Assembly: GCA_037447605.1 (NCBI GenBank)
Contig: CM074820.1
Coordinates: forward strand, 1,612,001-1,676,000
Reading direction: 5' to 3'
DNA length: 64,000 nt
DNA from: Zygnema circumcarinatum SAG 698-1b
Lineage: Eukaryota > Plantae > Zygnematophyceae
Shown: positions 13,922-24,430 of the stretch, piece by piece
Layout of the letters: the number at the start of each line of letters is the position of its first letter
Position numbering within the stretch: the first letter of the stretch is position 1
Translations under genes and position numbers: made by a program
Notes under the pieces: model-generated
Told to the model about the DNA's origin: nothing
What the model saw: the letters and a program-made list of their open reading frames with translations, nothing else
The model's database searches: none

Positions 13922-16900
13922 ATGAGCAGTAGAAGAAGGACTCCCGCGGCTGCCCTCCGCCTGCAGCAGCAGCAGGCAACGGAGGAGGAGGCCCTCTCCG
14001 TACGCGGTTACGCGTGCCGTTTTGTCGAGGACGATGGAACTGCCGCCCACATGCAGTCCAACGCTTTCCTGGTCGCATGGAACGGCGACGAAACCCTAAA
14101 AATCGACCGCTTCGATGTGCGCCATCTCCTCGACGACCTCCGCACCGTCCGAGGGCCCAAAAAGCGGCCAACGGAATTTTCGAATTTGTCGAATTTTACG
14201 GATTTTGCACATGGAGACGAGGAGATTGACCGGGAACGATACTGCGATCTCATGGAACGCGAGGGAGACGGCGCCGGCGAGGGGGAGGCTGGCGAGGGTA
14301 CACCTTGAACCTTCCTGCTTCCTCCCTTTACGGCCAGGGTTTAAGGCCTAGGGTTCAGGATTTAGGGTTCAGGGTTTAGGTGTTAGGTTTAGGGTTTTGG
14401 CGGGTTCAGCGCTGTGGAGGCTTCGGAGATGCGGGATTCGGTTTTTTTTCTTTTTAATCTTTAGGGTTTGGACGGCTTTTGGAGTTGTTAGGGTTTGAGG
14501 GGATCAGGGTTTGAGGGGATGAAGGGTTTTGGGGGGGGGGGGGGGGGNNNNNNNNNNGGGGGGGGGGGGGGGGGTTTCATGAATGCTACATTTTAGGGTT
14601 TTTCAGGGTTTGACGGTTTTTCAGGGTTTTAGGTTTTTTCAGGGTTTTTAGGGGGTTCTTTTTCGGTCGAATTTTGGAGCAGGCCCTTCATGGCTTGTCA
14701 TGCATGGCACCGGGTGGCTGACATCACGCCTCTTCCTCGTGAGGTGCCTGGCTTCGGCTGCTGACGCTATAAGCTCCGTCCTGAAGGGTGCATAAGCTTA
14801 ATGCTGACGTCATGTTGTGGGTTATGATATCCTTGGCCCATCCTGCTTATGCTGACGTCATATTCTTCCCCTGAGCTGCCATGCCGCGGGTGCTGACGTC
14901 AGAACCTGCTCGTATGAGACTCTTCGGGGCTATCGGTGAGCTGACGTCATGTATTTGTCGTGCTGGTGCTGACGTCATTGCAGTTTAGGGTTTGGTCCAG
15001 TGGGGGGGGGGGCTGCAGGCGATGCGCGCAGAGAGCTGGCGATGCGGCCCAGAATGGAAATTAAAAATGGCGAATTAGAATGTGGAGGCGAATTTGGGGG
15101 GAATTCGAATGTGCAGGCAAAGCCGGCAGTTGAATGGATTCAAAGGGACTAAAAAAGCGAAGCAACGGAGAAGTTTGAGGATGGGGGTTGCATTGCAAAC
15201 ATAAATATGTATATATTCTTTTTTTCCTTTTTCTGTTTTTGTAGGACTACGGATGGAAACCACGAGAGGTTGTTGAGTTTTTAGAGGAAAACTGAAAAAA
15301 ATTAACTTTTGGGAGCTGGAACTTTCGGAGGCACACTTCAGAGGAAAGCTTTGGAATGTCTTCAAAAATTTGCGAAACCATAGAAACCTTGAAACCTTAA
15401 AACCCTGGAAACCCTAAAATACCTAAAACCCGAAAAACCTGCGAAAGCAAGGGAGGCCCTTCGAACTTCAGAATTAGACTATTAAAAGAAAAGAAACCCT
15501 AAAACCCCAAAAACAAATTTTCCACTATTGGTCGGACACATTCTCTTTTCTTTGTCGGTTCTTCAGGAGGGTTTTCGTTTTTAGGGTTGTAGCGATTATC
15601 GAACCTTAAATCGCATGTCTTGGTCTACCAACCTTGACAAAGTAAAATTGTATAAAATATCCATGTGCCTCCACACTCTCTCCCTCACCCGCTCCCTCTC
15701 CCTCCCTCTCTCTCTCTCTCCCTCTCTCTCTCACTCTTTCTCTTCCCCTGTGTTTTTCCTTTGAATGCTATCCAGGTTTTTGGACTGATACGTTCCTTCA
15801 TGAATTGCAATTCTCTCTATGCATACTCTGAGCATGACTTCCCCATCCCCTTTTTTTTTTTTGGTCTGCCCGGGCTGCAGGGCAGCATGCAGGAGGCTCT
15901 GCGATTGGCCATCAGTACGCGAGTATCCCCTTCATGTACGGCGATTTGTCTGTTTCCGCACAAAAGGACGAAAAAAACCGGTCAGAGCGCGAAGGAGAAG
16001 AAGCCCATCAGAGAGAAGTTTCAATCGGAGAAGAGGAAAAATTTGAACCTCCCTTTGATGTTCCGTACGAGCTCCGAAATAATATAGTATGTCCTTCTTG
16101 CTCTTACTTTTGTTCCTTTTTTCCATTTTCTCTCTCGGAGTTGTGGCAGGGCTCTGCTTTAAGCAGAGCGAAGCTCAAGACTTAAAAAAAGAGAAAAAAT
16201 GAAAATTGCCCCCCCCTTCCCCCCCCCCCCCTTTCGTCTCTACTGGTTCTCTGCGCCGCAGTTCCGTTGTCCGCAACATGCGGGTGGTATCCTCTTTGTC
16301 GTGTCACGTCACGTCACGTCACGTCGCTCGTGCTCCTACTGTGCTGCTGATTGGGTGCTTTTGAACGTGACGTGACGTGACGTGACCTGGGATGGCGTGA
16401 TGCTTGATGCCACGCGTCAGACGTGACAAGATGACCGTCTACGCCTGTCACGTTTGTCGCTATCCACCCCAAAAAAAAAAATAGTTTTTTTTCTCGCTCC
16501 TTTTTCCTTCTTTGTGTCCATTCCGTGGCTCCCTCTGTCTCTCTCTGTCTCTCTCTCTCTCTTTTCACTCCCTACTTGAGCCTAAAACCCCTTTCTTTCT
16601 TTTTGTCGTTTTCCCCCAGCCTCCCACCCTGAAGCTCCACCAGATCATGGTCCGTACGGCGAAATTTGTCGCGGAGCGCGGCGGCGCGCAGGCGGAAGTA
16701 GTACTCCGCGTGAAGCAGGGCCGCAATCCGAATTTCGGATTTCTGGCGCCGGGCCATCCCCTGCACCCCTATTTCCGGTTTCTGGTGGGACGGGTTCCGG
16801 AAAAGGAGGAGGAGGGGGGGGAGGGGGGGGGGGTTACGGAATTGGTGCGCCTCGTACGGAAAACTCGAGTGAAAGGAAGAACAAAGGGGGGGAAGGGGGG

Positions 16901-19900
16901 GTCGGAAAGGGGGGGCAAGATGCGATTTCTTTACTGGGAGCTGCGTATGGGGAGGATGAGGAGGAGGGGGAGGGGGAGAGGGAGGGGAGAGGGAGAGGGA
17001 GAGAGAGAGGGGAGATAGTGAAAAGGGGAGAGAGAGGGGAGGGGAGGGGAGGGGAGGGGAGGGAGAGGGGAGGGGAGTGGGAGAGGGAGAGGGAGAGGGA
17101 GAGGGGAGATAGTGGAAAGAGGGAGAGAGAGGAGAGAGAGGGAGAGGAAAGGGAGGAGGATAAGGGGAGGGGGAGGAGTGACGACGGTGTTGGGAAAGGT
17201 GTGAGAGAAGGAGAGAGGGAGAAAATTATTACGGATGAATTGAAGGCGGAATCCAGTGAGTTTCTTCGTGACGATCGGGAAATTCCGTACGTGCAAAAGT
17301 CAACGGAGGTGTTGTTGACCGCAGCAGAAACGAAAAAAGTGATGTCAGCAAAGGCTTCGGAGGATCATGTTTTGGATAAAGAGAAATTGAGTTTGGAGAG
17401 AGGCCAAAATGGAGAAAAAAATGCGGCGGAAATTTCTAAATTTGAGGAAATTAGGGCTGAGGATGAGAAGAGAGGGAGAAGCATGGAACCCCCCATTCAG
17501 TTACAACGGATTATTTCGAAAATGGTCGAATTTATCGCAAAGAACGGGAGGGACTTTGAGGCCGTTGTGAGAGAAAGGGACAAAACCGACGGTCGGTTTC
17601 CGTTCCTGAATCCGTCGGACACGTGGCACGGTTTCTATGTGCAGTCACTGAACAGAGCGTTAACGGTAATGCATGGAACCTCCTCTCACACCATTTGGAG
17701 AAATTTCTGCTCATTGGGTCTCTCTCCCTCCCCCTCTCTCTTTCTCTCTCTCTCTCACTCTCTCTCTCTTTCTCTCTCTCTCTCCCGCTCTCTCTCGCTC
17801 TTTCTCTCTCACTCTCTCTCTCTTTCTCTCTCTCTCTCGCTCTCTCTTTCTCTCTCTCTCTCTCCTGCTCTCTCTCCGTTTCTTTATACCCCCTCACATA
17901 CCCAATTGGACGAACCTATTTCTTTATGGAATTAGGGTTTTTGGGGGATTTTGGAGTTTCATCTGTATTGGGCTTTTTGAAAATGACATTTTTTTGACAC
18001 TTTTTAGGGTTGCAATGTTGGAATTTATTTATAATTAATGTTGCGCTAAATACTTGTGCGGTGTTACAGGAAGGAAACGCGACAAATCCCACTACGGACA
18101 AAAAGCAGTTCGGATCTACAGTTGATGCAGAAATGACCCAAATTTTGATTTCCGAGAGAGGAAAGGGGGCGTTCAATGAAATTATTCCGGAAACGTTCGG
18201 GCAGGCGAGTGAAATTTCTAAAATTTCTGCAAAAAAAATGCCTTTGGAAACGCAGGAGGGACCCCTTAAACTCGAAAAGCCGTTGAAACTTTTGTCGTCG
18301 ACTTTGAAGACAAGAAAGAAGCGTGTGGGAGACGAGGGAGGTTCTATGGAGGATCTAGAGAGAGAGGGAGAGAGGGCGAGAGAGAGGGAAAGGGAGACGG
18401 AGATGGAGAGGGAGAGGGAGAGGGAGAGGGAGAGGGAGAGGGAGANNNNNNNNNNGGGAGAGGGAGAGGGAGAGGGAGAGGGAGAGGACAGAGACAGAGT
18501 GGGAGAGAGAGGGAGAAAGGAAAAGAGAGGGGGAAAGGGAGAGAGAGGGGGAAAGGGCGAGAGAGGGGGAGAGAGAGAGGGAGAGCGAGAGGGAGGAGGA
18601 GAGAGAGAGGGAGTGGGAGGGGGAGAGAGGGGCTTCCGGAATGCCCACAGGAGAGATGCAAAAAGTACTTCAGTCTGGAGACTTTGAAGCGGGAAAAAAA
18701 CTACGTGAGGAGAATGAGGGAAATTTCTTACTACCCCAACTTAATTCTGCTGAAATTAGGGTTTCCGAGGAGACTAATGTTGAACCTAAAACCACCGCAA
18801 TCAACATTGATGCAGTTCATGCTGTCACTCGCGGAAAGCCTTTTTTTCAAAAATCTGAAAAATCTGAGCTAAAGAAAGGAGCCAATATAGGAAATTCAGA
18901 GGAAAACCTTTCTCTAATTTCTGGGTTTTCAGTAAGAGAGAAACCCCCATTTGTTGCGCCGATTAATTCGGGTCCGGGATCGGGTACAAATGGGGTAAGT
19001 CGGTCTGCTGGAAAAAGCCATGAAGAGTTAGTCATAACGGCAAACGTAGCAGCAAAGAACGCCGCTCTCGCGGCTACATGTGAGGCAGATTCCGTTGAGG
19101 CTCAGTTGCCCCCAACGGAAAAACGGAAAGCGGAACGGTTACGGAAAGCAAAGCTGTTCGCGGCAATGTTGGAGAAGGGGTCGGAAAGTGGGTCAGCTGG
19201 GTTGGGGTTGTCAGGGAGAGAGGGAGGGAGGGAGGGAGAGGAGAGAGAGAGGAAGGAGGGGGGGAGGAGAGGGGGGAAGGGAGAGAGGGAGGGAGGGGAG
19301 AGGGAGGGAGACGGTGGAGGTGTGGGGGAGGTGGGGAGGGCAGAGAGAGGGGGCGAGGGAGAGGGAGAGAGAGGAGGGAAAGCGAGAGGGAGGTTCATTC
19401 CACGACCGGCTGTGAAGGGGAGAGAGGCGGAGTTCGGAGAAATTGTGAGAGGGGACGATGCAGGGAAAGGGGATGGGAAGGAAGGTGGGGATGAGGTGGG
19501 AGATTGGGAGGAGATCGGGTATAAAGTGGGTACAAAAGAACGGGGGAAAAGGAGTTTGGAGAAGGGAGGGAGAGCAAAGGATTCTTCAGAAGTTGAAGAG
19601 AGTGAGGAAGAGAGGGGGGAGGGAGAAGGGAGGAAATCGAAGCAGTCGAAAACCTTGGAAGAATCGGAGGAGTTGGAAAGGAGAGGGGTGACGAAGCAGA
19701 GTGGGAGGAGAGAGAGGAAGGAGAGAGAGGAGGTCGAAGTTGCAGTGAAGGAAGAGAATAGGGAGGTAGAGAGAGATGCATCTGACAATGAGGATGGAGA
19801 TGAAAAGAGGAGGAAAAGAAGGGAAAGGTATGACGATGATGAGGGAGGGTCAAAGAGAGAGAAGATGGAGGAAGAAGGGAGAGATAGAAAGAAGAGAAAA

Positions 19901-20518
19901 GGTGGTGAAAGAGAAGAGGAGAGGAGAGCACGGAAACGTGGAAGAGAAAGAGAAGAGGGAGAGGGAGAGGGAGAGAGAGAGAGGAGGCGTCAGCGGAGGC
20001 ATCATGATGATGGAGAGGAGGCGAGCGATGATGGTCGTAGGAGGAAGGAGAGGAGGAGGAGGGAGAGGCAGAAGGAGGAGGCAGAGGAAGCGACGAAAAG
20101 CAGGCGAAGAAGAGATGAAGATGAGAGGAAGGCGAGGAAAAGGAAGGAGGGAGGAGACAGTGGTGAGGATGAAAAGGGTACAAACAGAAAGGAGAAAGAG
20201 AGGGCGGGAGAGAGGAGAAAGAAGAGAGAGAGAGAAAAGAAGGAAGGAATGAGAGAGGATGTGGAATCTGAACAAGGGAGGACGAAGGTAAGGGGGCGAG
20301 AGGAGAGAGGAGAAGAGGGAGAGGGTGTGGAACGCAGGACAGGAGAGATCGTGAGAGAGAGAGGTGGAGAGAGAGAGAAGGAGAGGGCAAGTGCTGCTGA
20401 AGGACAGCTTCAGAGAGAAGGAGAGAGTCCGTCGCGTGTAGGACATGGAAACCCTAAAATCGACGTTCCGGATGACATCCGAGCGAAGGTCAGAGCGATG
20501 CTGCGCGGGACCAAGTGA
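13922..20518 (+). CDS. SFSWAP/SWAP1-like splicing factor: DRY_EERY domain + 2 SURP domains + long R/E-rich C-terminus; exons ~13922..14297, ~15891..16085, 16619..~17666, ~18070..20518
   Basis: LSVRGYACRFVEDD..IDRFDVRHLL..EEIDRERYCDL (DRY_EERY). FEPPFDVP..PPTLKLHQIMVRTAKFVAERGG.AEVVLRVKQGRNPNFGFLAPGHPLHPYFRFLV (SURP1). PPIQLQRIISKMVEFIAKNGRDFEAVV..GRFPFL (SURP2). Also ISLLGAAYGEDEE and EKRKAERLRKAKLFAAML. Frame breaks at G-run ~16814..16833 and at N gap 18446..18455. Confidence 0.9.
14717..14977. repeat. Cluster of GCTGACGTCA palindromic motifs in SWAP intron 1
   Basis: Perfect copies at ~14803, 14851, 14892, 14940, 14968; degenerate copies at ~14717 and ~14760. Confidence 0.85.
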
Positions 20519-20539
20519 GCAAATGGAGAGAATTTGCGG

Positions 20540-20812
20540 GTTAGGGTTTAGGGTTTAGGGTTTAGGGTTAGGGCTTTGAGGGTTTAGGGCTGAGGGTTGA
20601 GGGTTGAGGGTTTAGGGTTTAGTGTGTAGGTTTAGGGTTAGTGTTTAGGGGTTAGGGTCGAGGGTTTCGGGTTTAGGGTTAGGGTTTTAGATTTAGGGTT
20701 TATGCGTTAGGGGGTGCAGGGGGGTGTTTTGCGGTTCTAGGTTTGGGGTTGCACGATTTGGGTTTCCGAGTTATGGTTTAAGGATTTAGGGTTGTGGTGT
20801 TTTGGGGTTTAG
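20540..20812 (+). repeat. Telomere-like (TTTAGGG)n tract just 3' of the SWAP stop
   Basis: Visible tttaggg/ttgaggg units. Confidence 0.9.
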
Positions 20813-21359
20813 GGATCGAGCCCTGACTTCTGCACATTTCTTAACGTAACGGATTATGTAAGTCTTTGAATGGTTTTCCATTTTCAAGCTGCTACGAGTA
20901 ATCTCTTGACTGGTCTCTTGACTGGCATTGACGAGACCCAGAAAAAATGTACCCTCAAGAGAAACTTCATGAAACCCTGAACCGCGAACAAAGGAAAAAT
21001 TGTTGAAGAATCTTTCGTCCAAAGATAATTTCATGCGGGGAAGTCGCATTTCTGTGCGGAACTGTACACCGTTCAGCAGGCAGGAACTGAACCTGCGCAT
21101 AAAACCTCACTATCCTAAGCCTTGCGAGCCTGTGCTCTCCCTCTCTCGCTCTCTCTGCCCGCCGTTATGTTTCTCTCTCTCTCTGCTCTCTTTCCGTTCT
21201 CTCTCTCTCCCGCCCTGTCTCTCCCCCGTCCCCCCCCCCCTCAATCTGTACCCGCCAAATTCTCCAATTTACATCCGTGGATGAAGGCAAAATTCCTTCA
21301 CTCTATCCCTAATCCGCAGACCGCTGAAACCTGAACTTCCAACGACCCCTAGAAGTCTC

Positions 21360-21650
21360 GACCCTAAAACCATAAATCCTCAACCCTAAACCCGAAACCC
21401 CTAACCCTACACTTTTTAAAAATTCTAAACCCTAAACCCTAAGCCCTCCTAATCCTAACCTCTAAACCCCAAACCCTAACCCTAATCCTAAAACCCTAAA
21501 ACCCTGAACCCTAAATCTCTAAAACCCTCAAACCCTAACCCCTAAACCCTAAACCCTAAAACCCTAAAACCCTAAAATCCTAAACCCTAAACCCTAAACT
21601 CCAAACCCTCAAACCCTAAACTCTACAACCCTAAAACCCTAAACCCTAAT
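21360..21650 (-). repeat. Telomere-like (AAACCCT)n tract just 3' of the importin stop
   Basis: Dense aaaccct/aaaaccct units. Confidence 0.9.
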
Positions 21651-21654
21651 TCCC

Positions 21655-23434
21655 TCACATCTGGTAGGCCAGCAGCGCGTCCCCCGTCCCCTCCCTCCTG
21701 CAGATTGCGGCGAAGTCCGCGACCATCGCCTCGAGTCGTGGTCTGGACAGAGGGGGCCGCCTCAGTAGCAGGTCACAGAACAGGGCCTTGTCGGACTCGT
21801 GTACGGCGCCACATAGAACGCCGGGAAACGACGGATCGCTCAACGCATGGATCAGCCACGTGCGGGCGGGAACGGGGAACTGCGAAACTAGCGCATGGAG
21901 CACCGTTGCAACGGAACGGAGGAGGTCGCGGGGGAGGATGTCGGCGGCGGCGAAGAGAAGGGACGAGGTTAACTGTTGGCCGTTTTGTTGAACGCACATG
22001 GAAACGGCAGTTTGGTTTCTGTGGAGACATGGAACGGGGGGGAGGCATTGGGTGAGTGGGAGAGAGGGAGAGGGGGGGAGGGGGGGAGGGAGGGAGGGAG
22101 AAAGGGATGGGAGAGGGGGGAGCGAGAGTGGGAGCAAGGGAGGGAAAAGGCTAATGAGAGTGGGGGGAGAGAGAGGAGAGGACGGGAGGCAGAAAGAGGG
22201 AGAAGAGGGAGAACGAGAGAGGAGGGGAGGGAAAGGAAGGGAGAGAAATGGTGAAAGAGAGAGTAAGGGAAGTCGAGCGAACAAGGGTGAAAGGGAGAAG
22301 AAGACCTTGCACGTGCGCGCGAGAGCGATAGAGAGGGAGGGAGAGAGGGAGAGAGAGAGGGAGAGAGAGAGGGAGAGAGAGAGAGAGAGAAAGTTACAGG
22401 TACACACCTCCCCCCGAACCCCCATACAAAACAATGAAATAAATTCCAAACCCCAAATTAGGGTTTAGGATTTGCAGCCCTCTCACCTCTCCCACTCCTC
22501 GCGGGAGAGCGCTCCCTCTCTCTCTCTCTCCCTCTCTCTCTCTCCCGCTCCCAGCACTCCCGCAAGGAGGGAGAGCGCCGCCCTAGCAGACCCCCTCTCT
22601 TGGTTCGCTACCGCCCTCGCCGCCCCCTCAAGGAGGCCGCCCAGGGAGGGGGAGGAGAGGAGGAGGGAGGGCCGGAAAACGACAAAACGCTGCGCCATCT
22701 CAAAGAGACTCTGGGGGACCTCCGGGCGGCGAGGGAGCTCGCCTCTCTGAAGAAGGGGGAGGGGGGGGTGTACGGATTTTAGGGTTTGGATGGGGGGAGG
22801 GGTTGGGGTTTTAGGGTTTGGGGGTACGGATTTTAGGGTTTGGATGGGGGGAGGGGTTGGGGTTTTAGGGTTTGGGGGGGGTACGGATTTTAGGGTTTGG
22901 ATGGGGGGAGGGGTTGGGGTTTTAGGGTTTGGGGGGGGTACGGATTTTAGGGTTTGGATGGGGGGGGGGTTAGGGTTTTAGGGTTTGGGGGGGTACGAAT
23001 TTTAGGGTTTGGGGGGGTACGAATTTTAGGGTTTGGGGGGGTAAGACTTTTAGGGTTTGGGGGGGTAAGACTTTTAGGGTTTGGGGGGGTACGAATTTTA
23101 GGGTTTGGGGGTAAGACTTTTAGGGTTTGGGGGGGTACGAATTCTAGGGTTTGGCTAGGGGGGGGTTGGGGTTTAAGGGTTTGCGGGGGTACGGTTTTAA
23201 GGGTTTAGAGGGGGAGTACGGATTTTAGGGTTTGGGGGGGCTACGGATTTTAGGGTTTGGGGGGGGTACGGATTTTAGGGCTTGGGGGGGGGAGGATTGG
23301 GGTTTTAGGGTTTGGGATTTGGGGTTTTGGTGGGGGGTGGAGGGACAGGAAGTCACTAAAGACAGAAACAGAAACAGACGCGAGAAACAGAGAGAAAGAG
23401 ATCGACACAGACCGAGAAAGTGCGGGGGAGAGAC

Positions 23435-23470
<36 letters not shown>

Positions 23471-24398
23471 CTGACCTGCATGAGTGCAAAAGTAACCCGA
23501 CAGCTGACCTCCAAAGCAGTCCCCAAAACTGCCCCTTCAGAGTCCCCCCCCCTCCCCATCCCCTCCACCGCCGCCCCCCAAACCTCCAAACAGGTTCCAT
23601 GCTGCCGTTCCTCGAACAGTCCCAGTAACGGAACTAGGGACGGAATCAACGGAGCCGCTGCCGTTTTAGCCGACAGTAACGACCGCATGTAAACGGAACA
23701 TAGAGCCTCCACGACTTCAGTTTCCGCCCTCCATTTTGGAGAGGCCAAAATTCCGCTAAGGACGGGCCAAACCATTTCCATGACCACCATTCCGGGGTGC
23801 CGTTCCATGCTGACGTGGACGCCGTTCTGCGTGGAAGCGCCACGTGGCGGAGCGTGATTCGTCGACAGGCCCAACTGTTCGGCCGGCCAAACGGCTCCTC
23901 GTCCTCTTCCCATCGGTTCAGAAAATTCCAAAAATCGGATGGCAGCGGAGATTAATCTCAGCTGCGTGGCCAATGAGGCGCTGACACGTGGCGGCACGTC
24001 ATTGGTGGTGTCTGCGGCCTCTGCCAGGTGTCGCGCTCTCGTGATGAGGGGCGTTGCCAGCCTGGCGGCGGCGCCAAGGGCGGCTCCGGGAGGGCCGGCG
24101 GAAATCACGCGGGCCAATCCCTCGATGACAGCTGTCCTTTCTTCCAGATATTGGGGGGGCGAGGAGGAAGGTTCTGGGGAGGGAGTGGGAGAGGGAGAGA
24201 GAGAGGGAGAGGGAGAGGAGGGAGGGAGAGCCCCCTCCGCCGCATCGATGAGGGAGGAGAGGTGATCGGGAGAGGACAGGTGGCGGGAGCAGCGAGAGCA
24301 GATGCTGCGGAAGGAGGCGGCTGATTGGCTGAGGGCGGAGGGGACCTGTGAGAGAGTGACACGTGGCAGAGAGAGAGAGGGAGAGAGAGAAGAGGAGC

Positions 24399-24430
<32 letters not shown>

